This document shows positions 21,020 through 29,619 of a DNA stretch of 47,976 nucleotides, in pieces; within the stretch, counting starts at the first letter, position 1; each line of letters begins with the position of its first letter. The position numbers were made by a program, and so were the translations under genes. Source of the stretch: a virus (Duplodnaviria > Heunggongvirae > Uroviricota > Caudoviricetes); the IMG/VR virus record IMGVR_UViG_3300037471_000830; one strand, given 5' to 3'. The notes beneath the pieces were generated by a model. That model saw only the letters and a list, made by a program, of their open reading frames with translations, was not told the DNA's origin and did no database searches.

Positions 21020-21627
21020 GCAGCGTCAACTATTTCATAACGGATGGCGATGACCTTGTGCGCACCTACGGCTCGTGCCAAGAATCAGTGCTGCACCTGA
21101 TTCCGATTCCTGACGGGTGTTCGATCAAGGTGAATAACGACCTTTCATTGGGTCAGTCGCCTACACCTTGGCATCGCTGGAGCATGACCGAAATGGCGTG
21201 GGTCAACACTCAGACCCTTGATGGCGCTAAGGCTGCGAAGTGGGAGCTGGTCAAGCAGTGGCGAGCTGAGGCTATCGTGGCGCCAACGATAACGACGCCA
21301 TTTGGCGTAATGCACGCCGACGCGCAAGGCGTGTCCGACGTGAAGGACGCGCTGCTGGGCCGGCGCGAGGCCGAGTCCCTGGGGATCGCGCTTGCGCCGA
21401 TCAAGTGGACCCTCGTGGACAACTCGGTGGCGGAGCTCACGACCAGCCAGCTCGGCCTGGTGGCCGTGATGCTGCTGAGTCGCGGCGACACCTATCACCA
21501 GCGCGCCCGCGCCTTGCGCAAGCAGATCGACGACGCCACGACGCCCGCTGAACTGGACGCCATCACGCGGGGCAGCCTGGAAATCCCGCTCCCCGAAGAA
21601 TCTGTCACTACTGAGGAAACTGCATGA
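21016..21627 (+). CDS. Tail fibre-associated protein, DUF4376-like
   Basis: [13 protein letters not shown]...KWTLVDNS...[23 protein letters not shown]; coupled to the fibre gene by an ATGA overlap. Confidence 0.75.
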   Translation: MSSVNYFITDGDDLVRTYGSCQESVLHLIPIPDGCSIKVNNDLSLGQSPTPWHRWSMTEMAWVNTQTLDGAKAAKWELVKQWRAEAIVAPTITTPFGVMHADAQGVSDVKDALLGRREAESLGIALAPIKWTLVDNSVAELTTSQLGLVAVMLLSRGDTYHQRARALRKQIDDATTPAELDAITRGSLEIPLPEESVTTEETA

Positions 21628-21947
21628 ACCCGATCACTCAATCCTTTTTCAAGCGCGAGCTGTTCACCATCCTGATCCTGGTGGTCGGTTGGCTGCTGAT
21701 GAAGTGGGCGCCGGACATCGCCCAACTGACGCAATCGCCCGACGCAAGCCCGGTCCTGTTCAAGCTGGGCATGGGCGCAATGGTGGTGTCGGTGTGGCGC
21801 TGGGTGCTGCGGCTGCTGATGCCCTGGTTTCGTGCTCATCGCGCCTTCGAGGAGGCCGTCCTGCGCGGCAATGTGGCTGCCTCCATCGCGCTGCTGAGCT
21901 ACGTGCTGCTGCTCATGGCGTCCTGGTGGCTGGCGAGCATCCAGTGA
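21624..21947 (+). CDS. Putative holin
   Basis: 107 aa with three hydrophobic segments, directly upstream of the endolysin. Confidence 0.6.
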   Translation: MNPITQSFFKRELFTILILVVGWLLMKWAPDIAQLTQSPDASPVLFKLGMGAMVVSVWRWVLRLLMPWFRAHRAFEEAVLRGNVAASIALLSYVLLLMASWWLASIQ

Positions 21948-22624
21948 TGGACGCGCTGCCGCCCAACGCCGGCCTGTACCTGCCCGCCCTGGTTGAGCAG
22001 GCCCGCGCGGTGCTGCCCCAGGTGCCCACGGTCCTGTTCGCGGGCCAGGTGGAGCAGGAGAGCTGCATCAGCCTCAAGCACTCGCGTTGCTGGAACCCCA
22101 AGGTGGAGCTCAAGACCGCCAGGGAGTACGGCTTCGGTCTGGGTCAGCTCACGGTGGCCTACAACGCGGACGGCAGCGAGCGGTTCAACGCCTGGAGGGA
22201 AGTGCGTCAGCTCGACAGCCGGCTCGCCAACTGGACCTGGGAAAACCGCTACGACGCCGGGATGCAACTGCGCGCCATCGTCGTGAAGGACCGCCAGGCG
22301 CTCAGGCTCGGCACGGCCGGCGTGACCGACCCGAAGGAGGCCAGGGCGATGATGTTCGCGGCCTACAACGGCGGCATCGGCGGGCTGCTGTCCGACCGCA
22401 AGCTCTGCCAGGCCACGCCCAAGTGCGACTGGACGCGCTGGTGGGCCAACGTGGAGCTGCACAGCAAAAAGAGCCGCACGCCCTGGCACGGCTACGGCAA
22501 GTCGGCCTTCGACATCAATCGCGAGTATCCGAGGCTGATCGAGCAGCGGGCGCCGAAATATGCGCCGGCCGTCCAAAACTTGACAGAGCGCCAGGCCGTC
22601 GCGGACAATATCAGTCACCACTGA
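21947..22624 (+). CDS. Endolysin, SLT-type lytic transglycosylase
   Basis: Start at a TGATG overlap. Catalytic QVEQES motif, GFGLGQLT and AAYNGG motifs. Confidence 0.85.
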   Translation: MDALPPNAGLYLPALVEQARAVLPQVPTVLFAGQVEQESCISLKHSRCWNPKVELKTAREYGFGLGQLTVAYNADGSERFNAWREVRQLDSRLANWTWENRYDAGMQLRAIVVKDRQALRLGTAGVTDPKEARAMMFAAYNGGIGGLLSDRKLCQATPKCDWTRWWANVELHSKKSRTPWHGYGKSAFDINREYPRLIEQRAPKYAPAVQNLTERQAVADNISHH

Positions 22625-22626
22625 TT
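22580..22626 (+). promoter_or_regulatory. Promoter TTGACA-N18-GACAAT plus motif copy (AGTCA-CCAC-TGATT, 22613-22626)
   Basis: Perfect -35 inside the endolysin 3' end. The TGA of the motif is the endolysin stop codon. Confidence 0.7.
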
Positions 22627-22630
22627 TATT

Positions 22631-22987
22631 ATGAACCCAGGCAAGCAGAACATTACCTTCCGACCTGGCGCCGACTTCAAGTGGCCGCTGGTGTGGAAGG
22701 ACGAAAAGGGCAAGCCGGTGAACCTCACCGGCTTTTCTGCGCTCATGCAGTTCCGCGAGAGCGCGGATTCGCCTTTGGTGATTGCCGAGTTCTCCACCGC
22801 CAACGGCCGCATCGTCCTGGGCGGCGCCACTGGTTCGATCACGATCGACATGGACGCGGCCAACACCGGACTCGTCACGCATCGCGGCGCGCTGGTGTAC
22901 GACCTCATCCTCGTGGCGCCTGGTGGTGACGACTACCCGCTGCTTGAAGGCAAGGTCACGATCCGTCCGGTGGTGAGCAAGCAATGA
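22631..22987 (+). CDS. Small beta-sandwich virion-associated protein (BppU-N-like)
   Basis: NITFRPGADF...PVNLTG...YDL...LLEGKVTIRP pattern, common in phage structural cassettes. Confidence 0.55.
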   Translation: MNPGKQNITFRPGADFKWPLVWKDEKGKPVNLTGFSALMQFRESADSPLVIAEFSTANGRIVLGGATGSITIDMDAANTGLVTHRGALVYDLILVAPGGDDYPLLEGKVTIRPVVSKQ

Positions 22988-23466
22988 CCACTGTCGTTGT
23001 GATCGAGGCGACCAACGCCGTCGCCTCCACCGAGACCGTCACGCACGTCATCACCGAGGGTCGGCAGGGTCCGCGAGGCATCCAAGGCATCCCTGGTCCG
23101 GCTGGCTCGGGCGGCGGCATCTCGCTGACCGCCGACACCGCCTTGGGCGGCCACAAGCTCGTGGCCTGCATCGACGCGGAGCTGATCTACGCGGACAACC
23201 GCCAGCTCTCGCACGCCAGCCAGTTCGTTGGCATGACCACCCATGCGGCCGATGCGGGGTCGCCGATCCAGATCATCAATTTTGGCGAGTTTGAGGAGCC
23301 CACCTGGAACTGGACGCTGGGCCAGCCGATTTATCTCGGCATCAACGGCCAGCTCACCCAGGTCGAGCCTCAGCCCTCCACCGCCGCCTTCGCTCTTGTC
23401 GTCGGGTTTCCGCTTTCGCCGACGCGAGTTCTTTTCAAGGCCCGCGAGCCTATCGCACTCACGTAA
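22984..23466 (+). CDS. Protein with short collagen-like segment and cement / beta-tulip-like domain
   Basis: GRQGPRGIQGIPGPAG, then ADTALGGHK...GQPIYLGINGQLT. Confidence 0.5.
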   Translation: MTTVVVIEATNAVASTETVTHVITEGRQGPRGIQGIPGPAGSGGGISLTADTALGGHKLVACIDAELIYADNRQLSHASQFVGMTTHAADAGSPIQIINFGEFEEPTWNWTLGQPIYLGINGQLTQVEPQPSTAAFALVVGFPLSPTRVLFKAREPIALT

Positions 23467-23475
23467 GGAATCCAC

Positions 23476-24081
23476 ATGGGAACCGCCTCGACCAAGAAGT
23501 TCATCAAGAACAATGCCGGCACGCTGGCCGAAGAAGCCGCGTTGACCACCAGCGCCGGCGCTGGTGACGCCAACAAAATCCCGGCCCTCAACGGCTCGGG
23601 CGTGCTGGACCTGACCATCACCAATGGCAAGAACGCGAGCGCCGGCGCAGGCGACGCAGGCAAGCTCGTGGCTCTGGACTCCACCGGCCGCATCGACAGC
23701 TCCATGATGCCTGTGGGCATCGGCGCGGACACCAAGTCGATCGTCGCCTCGGAAGCTCTTGCTGCTGGCGACCTGATCAACGTCTGGAACAACGCCGGCA
23801 CCGCCAACGCGCGCAAGGCCGATGGCAGCACGACCGGCAAGGAAGCGCATGGCTTCGTGCTGGCCGGCGTCGCCCAGGGTGCATCGGCCACCGTGTACTT
23901 CGAGGGCGCCAACACGCAATGCACGGGCCTGACGCCTGGCCCGCAGTTCCTTTCCGTCACCGCTGGCAAGACCTCGGCCGCCGCACCCAGCGCAGCGGGT
24001 CAGACCGTGCAGCGCGTGGGTTTCGCCGTGAGCGCGACGGAAATGAACTTCGACGCGGCCGACGCCATTCAGCTCGCCTGA
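23476..24081 (+). CDS. Putative decoration / cement-like virion protein with tandem SAGAGDA repeats
   Basis: Two SAGAGDAxKxxALxxxG repeats, then ASEALAAGDLINV...AHGFV. Confidence 0.5.
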   Translation: MGTASTKKFIKNNAGTLAEEAALTTSAGAGDANKIPALNGSGVLDLTITNGKNASAGAGDAGKLVALDSTGRIDSSMMPVGIGADTKSIVASEALAAGDLINVWNNAGTANARKADGSTTGKEAHGFVLAGVAQGASATVYFEGANTQCTGLTPGPQFLSVTAGKTSAAAPSAAGQTVQRVGFAVSATEMNFDAADAIQLA

Positions 24082-24093
24082 TAGGACACCGAC

Positions 24094-24573
24094 ATGGCGC
24101 AGAAGGACTTCAAGCTGCCCAGCAGCGATCGGCCGCACCTGATTTCTCTGTACGTGCGCAATCCCGTGGCCTGGATCGCCAGGCCGGGCAGCTTCCTTAT
24201 CAGGCGGCTGGGCGTGGACCCCTTCTCCCATGTCGGGGTGCTGTGCCCGGACGGTATGGTCTATGAGGCCACGCTGGATCGTGGCGTTGTCGCGACCCCG
24301 CTGCGGACCTTCCTGGGCAACTACCGCTTCGTCCAGGGCAAGTTGCGGCACTGTCCAAATCCTGTGTACGGGATGGACTTCGCCAGGAGCATGGTGGGCC
24401 ACGACTACGACCTCAAGGGCGTGCTCGGCGCCGCCTTTGGCATCGCTTGCGACACACCTGGCTTCTACCACTGCTCGGAGTTTGAGCTCGCCACGCTGGC
24501 CGCTGCTGGTCTGCCGGCGCTGGATCGTCCTGGCATCAAGGTCAGCCCCAGCCTGTCTTACTGGAGCCGGTGA
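24094..24573 (+). CDS. Permuted papain-like amidase (YaeF/YiiX-like)
   Basis: His motif FSHVGV precedes Cys motif YHCSEF, with YD between them. Confidence 0.75.
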   Translation: MAQKDFKLPSSDRPHLISLYVRNPVAWIARPGSFLIRRLGVDPFSHVGVLCPDGMVYEATLDRGVVATPLRTFLGNYRFVQGKLRHCPNPVYGMDFARSMVGHDYDLKGVLGAAFGIACDTPGFYHCSEFELATLAAAGLPALDRPGIKVSPSLSYWSR

Positions 24574-25058
24574 TGATCGTCGAGTCCTCATGCGTCGTCG
24601 GCGCTCAGCAGCCCGATGGCCGCTACCAGATCAAGGCCAGCCTGCTTGACGACGAGGGGCTGCCTTACTCGCATGAGTGGCTGGGCGACCCGGATTTCGC
24701 GGACGCGGTGCTGACCGAGGTAGCGGCTCGCTTCACCCGCCTCATTGCGGAGCGGCGTGAGGCGGCTCGCGTTGCGGCCGACGTGAAACTGCCGCTGACG
24801 AAGTTCCAGTTCCGCAGCCTGCTGGAGCAGCAGGGGGTGCTCGAAGGCATCGACGAGTTCAACGACAACTACAAGTCGCTTGGCCTGTCCAACGCTCAGG
24901 TGCGAACCATCCGTACCGGCCTGAAGCACTTCGACGCCATGCTCAACGTGGCCCGGCCCTTCGACGCCCGCGTGAAGGCCATGCTCACCCTTTACAAGAA
25001 CGCCGGCCTGATGACTCAAGCGAACCTGGACGCCGTTCTGGAGGCCGGCAATGGCTGA
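24573..25058 (+). CDS. Hypothetical phage protein
   Basis: Coupled overlaps at both ends and GC-rich third codon positions. Confidence 0.6.
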   Translation: MIVESSCVVGAQQPDGRYQIKASLLDDEGLPYSHEWLGDPDFADAVLTEVAARFTRLIAERREAARVAADVKLPLTKFQFRSLLEQQGVLEGIDEFNDNYKSLGLSNAQVRTIRTGLKHFDAMLNVARPFDARVKAMLTLYKNAGLMTQANLDAVLEAGNG

Positions 25059-26382
25059 CCGTTACGTCAAGAGTGGCGGCAGCGGCACGGGAGCGGACTG
25101 GACGACGGCCTATGCGACGCTGACGGCCGCTGAAGCCGCCGACACCGCAGGCGACAACATCTACGTTTCCAGCTCGCATGCCGAATCCTCGGCGTCGGCG
25201 GTCAACCTGCCCTCGGCCGGCACGCTGGCCTTGCCCACCAAGATCGTGAGCGTGTCGGATGGTGCGGCTCCGCCGACCTCGGTGTCGGTCGGCGCGTCAG
25301 TCACCACGACTGGAGCCAACGCGATCAGCGTGGCTGGCAACGCCTACCTCTACGGGCTCAAGTTCTTCATCGGCACCGGAGCTTCAACGGGAGCGCAGTT
25401 CAATGCGGCGTCCGTGGCTGCCGCTGCGATCCAGACCTACGAGAAGGTCTCGTTCGACCACGTATCGCCGATGACGGCGAACCAGTGGCGCGTCGGGCTT
25501 GCCGGTGCCACGAACGTAGGCTCTCGCGTGCAGTGCATTGACTGCACCTGGAAGTTCTACGCAGCGGGCCAGGGCATCCGGCTGGAGAACGGGGAGCTGG
25601 AGATTGTCGGCGGCTCCATCACCAAGGATTCGGCCGTGTCGCTCACGGCGCTGTTTGTCCAGACCAACTCCTACAAGGGGTCGCTGAAGGTCAATGGCCT
25701 CGACTTGTCCGGTCTGAACGCTGGCGTCAACATCTTCAGCGCCCCAGGTGGCGCGTTCAAGGGAATCATCCGCAACAGCAAACTGCCTTCCGGCTGGAGC
25801 GGCAAGCTCAGCGGTACGGACCCGACGCCAGGCTGTCGCGTGGAGATGCACAACTGCGACGATGGCAACACCAACTACCGCATGTGGGTCCAGGAGTACG
25901 CAGGCAGTATCAAGAGCGAAACCGTCGTGACTCGCACGGGCGGGGCGATGGACGGCACGACGGCGCTGGCTTGGAAGATGGAAACGAGCGCCGACGCGGA
26001 GTTTCCGACCCTCGTTCTTGCTTCTCCTGAGCTCGCCATCTGGAACGACACCACGGGCGTCGCCAAGACGGTGACGCTCCATGTCCTGACGGACGGGGTG
26101 ACGCTGAAGGATGACGAGGCTTGGCTGGAAGTCACCTACCTCGGAACGTCCGGTGCTCCGTTGGGCAGCGTTGTCACTGACCGCAAGGCAGGCTTGCTGA
26201 CGGCCGCCCAGGTTCAGGACGCCAGCTCCGCGGCCTGGACGACCACAGGCATCGCGAGTCCGGTCATGCAAAAGCTGTCGGTCACGGTCACGCCTCAGAA
26301 GAAGGGCTACATGATTCTGCGCGCGATGTTCGTCAAGCCAGGCTCGACGATGTACGTCTGCTACAGCCCGGAGATTTCCTGA
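25051..26382 (+). CDS. Putative beta-rich virion / fibre-like protein (443 aa)
   Basis: MADRYVKSGGSGTGADWTTAY-type N-terminus and beta-helix-like Gly/Ser/Thr/Asn composition. Confidence 0.55.
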   Translation: MADRYVKSGGSGTGADWTTAYATLTAAEAADTAGDNIYVSSSHAESSASAVNLPSAGTLALPTKIVSVSDGAAPPTSVSVGASVTTTGANAISVAGNAYLYGLKFFIGTGASTGAQFNAASVAAAAIQTYEKVSFDHVSPMTANQWRVGLAGATNVGSRVQCIDCTWKFYAAGQGIRLENGELEIVGGSITKDSAVSLTALFVQTNSYKGSLKVNGLDLSGLNAGVNIFSAPGGAFKGIIRNSKLPSGWSGKLSGTDPTPGCRVEMHNCDDGNTNYRMWVQEYAGSIKSETVVTRTGGAMDGTTALAWKMETSADAEFPTLVLASPELAIWNDTTGVAKTVTLHVLTDGVTLKDDEAWLEVTYLGTSGAPLGSVVTDRKAGLLTAAQVQDASSAAWTTTGIASPVMQKLSVTVTPQKKGYMILRAMFVKPGSTMYVCYSPEIS

Positions 26383-26383
26383 C

Positions 26384-27193
26384 GTGGCAATCGTTCGCCT
26401 GATACCGGGCGGCCCGTTCGTTGTCGAAACAGGCCAGGCTCAGCGCCTCATTCCTGGCGGCCCGGCCATCGGGGAAACCTTCGACATCAATGCCGTTTAC
26501 TCGGCGTGGTCGAAGTCCAGCGAAACCCCGGTGACGACCAACGCCAACGAGCAACAGGCCGTCAACCTGGGCGTGCGTTTTCGGGTGTCGCAGTCAGGCT
26601 ACATCAAGGGCATCCGCTTCTGGAAGGCGGCCGACACCACGGGCTACTTCAGCGGGCACCTGTGGAACGCGCAGACGGGCGCCTGGATCGCCTCGACGGC
26701 CAACGTCTACCCGGCTGGGTCCGGCTGGGTTCAGATCGACTTCGCATCGTCTGTGGCGGTCACGGCCGGAACGATCTACGCCGCGTCCATATTCACGGAG
26801 AAGGGCGAGTATGCGTTCACCAGCGCCTACTTCTCCACTGCCGGCAAGGACGATGGTCCGCTGCACCTGCTTTTGAGCGGCGAGGGCGGCTACTCCAACG
26901 GCGTGTTTGCCTATGGCGCCGTGCAGAACCCGACCAGCACGTACAGCAGCGGCAACTATTGGGTGGATGTCGCGTTCACCTTCGCGCCGCCCTCCGTCAT
27001 TCCTCGCCGTGCGCTGACCGTGGTGGCCGGCGTGATTCGTCAGGTGCTGGGTTCCGAATTGGGCTTGGGCATGAAGCCCCTGGTGCTTGTCGATGGCGTG
27101 AAGAAATTGCGCGCAGGTAGCGAAGGTGTGCCCCTGGTGCTCTCCGGTGGTCAATTGCGCACGCTCGCTTCCGGCGAAACCCTGGAAATATGA
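26384..27193 (+). CDS. DUF4082-like domain protein
   Basis: VNLGVRFR...IKGIRFWK...SGWVQIDF...DDGPLH...NGVFAYG...NYWVDVAF matches the DUF4082 pattern. Confidence 0.8.
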   Translation: MAIVRLIPGGPFVVETGQAQRLIPGGPAIGETFDINAVYSAWSKSSETPVTTNANEQQAVNLGVRFRVSQSGYIKGIRFWKAADTTGYFSGHLWNAQTGAWIASTANVYPAGSGWVQIDFASSVAVTAGTIYAASIFTEKGEYAFTSAYFSTAGKDDGPLHLLLSGEGGYSNGVFAYGAVQNPTSTYSSGNYWVDVAFTFAPPSVIPRRALTVVAGVIRQVLGSELGLGMKPLVLVDGVKKLRAGSEGVPLVLSGGQLRTLASGETLEI

Positions 27194-27203
27194 TGCGGAA
27201 TAT

Positions 27204-27219
27204 CAGTCATCAGTGACTG
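27204..27219. promoter_or_regulatory. Perfect motif copy CAGTCA-TCAG-TGACTG
   Basis: Intergenic, at the downstream end of the accessory cassette. Confidence 0.85.
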
Positions 27220-27272
27220 GATTTATTTTCGCGATTCCGGTAAAGTCCGGCTTTCTCCATAAATAGATTGTC

Positions 27273-27656
27273 ATGCCTCAGTCTGCTCAAAGCCCGGACC
27301 TCTCCATCCAGATCATCGAGGCGCTGCGAGCGGTCAATGGTCATGTTTCCAGCACCAAGGAAGAACTCGCCGCCATTCGCGGCAGCATGAGCCAGATGGC
27401 CGAGGCGATCACGCGCTTGGCTGTGCTGGAGGAAAAGCACCAGGGCATCGCGGCCGACATGCGTCGTGCCGAGGAAAAGATCGAGGGCCTGGATGACGCC
27501 ATCACGCAGATGAAGCTGGAGAACGCCAGCTTGCGAGGCCAGGCACAAGGCGCCAGCGTGGTGGTCAAGGCCATGTGGACGGTGGCTGGCACGGGCGTCA
27601 TCGCCATCGCGGCAGCGCTGATGAAGATCGCCTTCGGTTCTGGCCTTGTAGGCTAA
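27273..27656 (+). CDS. Coiled-coil protein with C-terminal TM helix (holin / antiholin-like)
   Basis: Heptad-rich body, single hydrophobic C-terminal segment, directly upstream of the spanins. Confidence 0.5.
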   Translation: MPQSAQSPDLSIQIIEALRAVNGHVSSTKEELAAIRGSMSQMAEAITRLAVLEEKHQGIAADMRRAEEKIEGLDDAITQMKLENASLRGQAQGASVVVKAMWTVAGTGVIAIAAALMKIAFGSGLVG

Positions 27657-27661
27657 AGATA

Positions 27662-27675
27662 AGTCATCGGTGACT
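27662..27675. promoter_or_regulatory. Perfect motif copy AGTCA-TCGG-TGACT, overlapping TAAAAT
   Basis: Fills the gap before the i-spanin gene. Confidence 0.85.
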
Positions 27676-27686
27676 AAAATAAGCCA

Positions 27687-28214
27687 ATGAACACCACGAT
27701 CGGCGGAATTCTTGTGACAGCGGCCTGCGCTCTTGGCGTCGGGTATGCGGCAGGGCGCTACGAAGGCGCCGTGGACCTTCGACGCATCGAGCTCCATGCC
27801 GCCAGGCAGATTGCCGCCGAGGCCAGCAAGCAAGCCGCCGAATCCACCCAGCGCAGCATCCAGTTGGACGCGCGCATCGACTCCTCCAACACCCGCAGCG
27901 GCCAGATCAAGGCCCAGGTGCGGGAGCGCCTTTCTCAACCCGTCCAAGCCTCCCATGACGCGACGTGTGACCTTTCTGATGCTCGCCTCGATCGTGGCAC
28001 TGTCGGCCTGCTCAACGCAGCCCGTGCTGACTTGCCCGCCGCTGCTGCCTCCGGCGTCAGCGATGAAGAAGGCGCTGCCGCTTCCTCAACTTCAGTAGCG
28101 GACCTCATCGACAACGACCTCGATGTCGTCCGCCTGTATCACGAGCTGGCCCAGCGCCACAACGAACTGGTGGACTTCATCTCCGACGAAATGAAGAAAC
28201 GGGCCAGCCCCTAG
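27687..28214 (+). CDS. i-spanin (Rz-like)
   Basis: N-terminal TM helix, coiled periplasmic domain, embedded lipoprotein gene. Confidence 0.8.
   Translation: MNTTIGGILVTAACALGVGYAAGRYEGAVDLRRIELHAARQIAAEASKQAAESTQRSIQLDARIDSSNTRSGQIKAQVRERLSQPVQASHDATCDLSDARLDRGTVGLLNAARADLPAAAASGVSDEEGAAASSTSVADLIDNDLDVVRLYHELAQRHNELVDFISDEMKKRASP
27955..28098 (+). CDS. o-spanin (Rz1-like), fully embedded lipoprotein
   Basis: MTRRVTFLMLASIVALSAC lipobox signal, then Pro-rich STQPVLTCPPLLPP. In the +1 frame inside the i-spanin gene. Confidence 0.8.
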   Translation: MTRRVTFLMLASIVALSACSTQPVLTCPPLLPPASAMKKALPLPQLQ

Positions 28215-28226
28215 GCCCATCCACCC

Positions 28227-29576
28227 ATGACCGACGACGCCAGCCTCCCGCACTTCCTCTCCGTCTATAACGACCTCGACAAGTACCCCACGGTTGGCGA
28301 CGTAGCAGCCGCCCTTGGATGCAGCGTCAAGACGATCCGCAACAAGGTCGGGCTGTGCCGCTCGCTCGCGAAGACCGACGCCACGTACAAGGTCGTGGAG
28401 CGCGGCGTCTTCAATCCGGTGCCAAGCACGGAGAAGGTCGAACGCTTCGATGCGCAGTTCACGGCCGAGGACTGCCTGGCCGAGATTCGTCGCGTGGCCG
28501 CCCTGGACCCCGATCGAGTCCTCACGCGCAACCACTTCCGTATCCACTCCAAGATTTCGGATGCGGTCTGGAGCCAATTCTTCGGCTCGTTCTCGGAGTA
28601 CCGGCGTCAGGCTGGATTGGAGCTCTCCAGGCAGCAGCATGCGATGGAGCGCGCGGTCGCCAAGCACGTCTCCGTGGACCACTACCGCCACCTGGCCGCC
28701 GAGCGCGCGGAGTGGGGTGACAAGTACGTCCGCACGGCGCCTGGCCGCTTCAAGACCCTGGCGGTGTGCAGCGACCTCCACGACGAGGAAATCGACCCCT
28801 TCTTCCTGCGCGTGTGGCTGGACACGGTGCGCCGCGCTCAACCGGACAACATCGTCTTCGACGGCGACGTGTACGACCTGCCGGAGTTTGGCAAGTACAC
28901 GGTGGACCCACGCGAGTGGAACGTGGTCAAGCGCATCAAGTTCGCCAACGAGCGCATCTTCGGCGCCACCCGCAAGGCCGCCCCGGACGCCACCATCGAC
29001 CTGATCGAAGGCAACCACGAAGCCCGCCTGCTGCGCCAGCTCGCGGACGCCACGCCGGCGATGCGCGCGGTGCTGGCTGACCTGCACGGCTGGACGCTCT
29101 CGAAGCTGTTCGGGCTCGAAGCCTACGAGGTCAACTACGTCGCCAAGGCGAACCTGGCGGCATGGACCCAGCGCGACCACAAGAAGGAGCTGGGCAACAA
29201 CTACAAGGTCTATTACGACGCCTTCCTGGCCCACCACTTCCCGCACGCCAGGAACATGGGGCTGCCGGGCGTCAACGGCCACCACCACCGCCATCAGGTG
29301 TGGCCCATGTTCTCGGCCGTCTATGGCGCCTACGAGTGGCACCAGCTCGGCTGCGGGCACCTGCGCAGCGCCTCCTACTGCGAGGGCGAGGCGTGGCACA
29401 CCGGCTTTGCTCTGGTCCACATCGACACGCACACCAAGGCGGTCAACATCGAGTACGTGCCCGTCACGGACCACGCTGTCGTCGGCGGCAAGTGGTACGT
29501 GCGGGAGGACGCCGAGCGCGTCATTCCCGACTCCAGGATCAAGCTGGCATCTGCTTCTTCGCAAGTCGTGGAATAA
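28227..29576 (+). CDS. Calcineurin-like metallophosphoesterase with N-terminal HTH-like and helical-repeat region
   Basis: SDLHD, DGDVYD, GNHE and GHHH motifs. N-terminal VGDVAAALGCSVKTIRNK is HTH-like. Confidence 0.85.
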   Translation: MTDDASLPHFLSVYNDLDKYPTVGDVAAALGCSVKTIRNKVGLCRSLAKTDATYKVVERGVFNPVPSTEKVERFDAQFTAEDCLAEIRRVAALDPDRVLTRNHFRIHSKISDAVWSQFFGSFSEYRRQAGLELSRQQHAMERAVAKHVSVDHYRHLAAERAEWGDKYVRTAPGRFKTLAVCSDLHDEEIDPFFLRVWLDTVRRAQPDNIVFDGDVYDLPEFGKYTVDPREWNVVKRIKFANERIFGATRKAAPDATIDLIEGNHEARLLRQLADATPAMRAVLADLHGWTLSKLFGLEAYEVNYVAKANLAAWTQRDHKKELGNNYKVYYDAFLAHHFPHARNMGLPGVNGHHHRHQVWPMFSAVYGAYEWHQLGCGHLRSASYCEGEAWHTGFALVHIDTHTKAVNIEYVPVTDHAVVGGKWYVREDAERVIPDSRIKLASASSQVVE

Positions 29577-29578
29577 TC

Positions 29579-29592
29579 AGTCACGACTGAGT
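29579..29592. promoter_or_regulatory. Dispersed motif copy (AGTCA-CGAC-TGAGT)
   Basis: 2 nt after the phosphoesterase stop, upstream of phoH. Confidence 0.8.
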
Positions 29593-29619
29593 TTTGTCCC
29601 CAAGCCGCCAAGGACCACA

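Noticed and set aside
21689-21946. ORF-track upstream extensions (endolysin from 21689, PhoH from 29323, and the 39091 and 27733 starts)
   Set aside because: They overlap upstream genes. Downstream starts with an SD or coupled stop/start are better supported.
25299-25311. AGTC-ACCAC-GACT as another motif copy
   Set aside because: Spacing is one base short, it lacks the invariant TGA, and it lies mid-gene.
27241-27250. AAAGTCCGG resembling the RNase P RNA P4 element
   Set aside because: Only 9 nt match, in an 80-bp gap that is far too short for rnpB.
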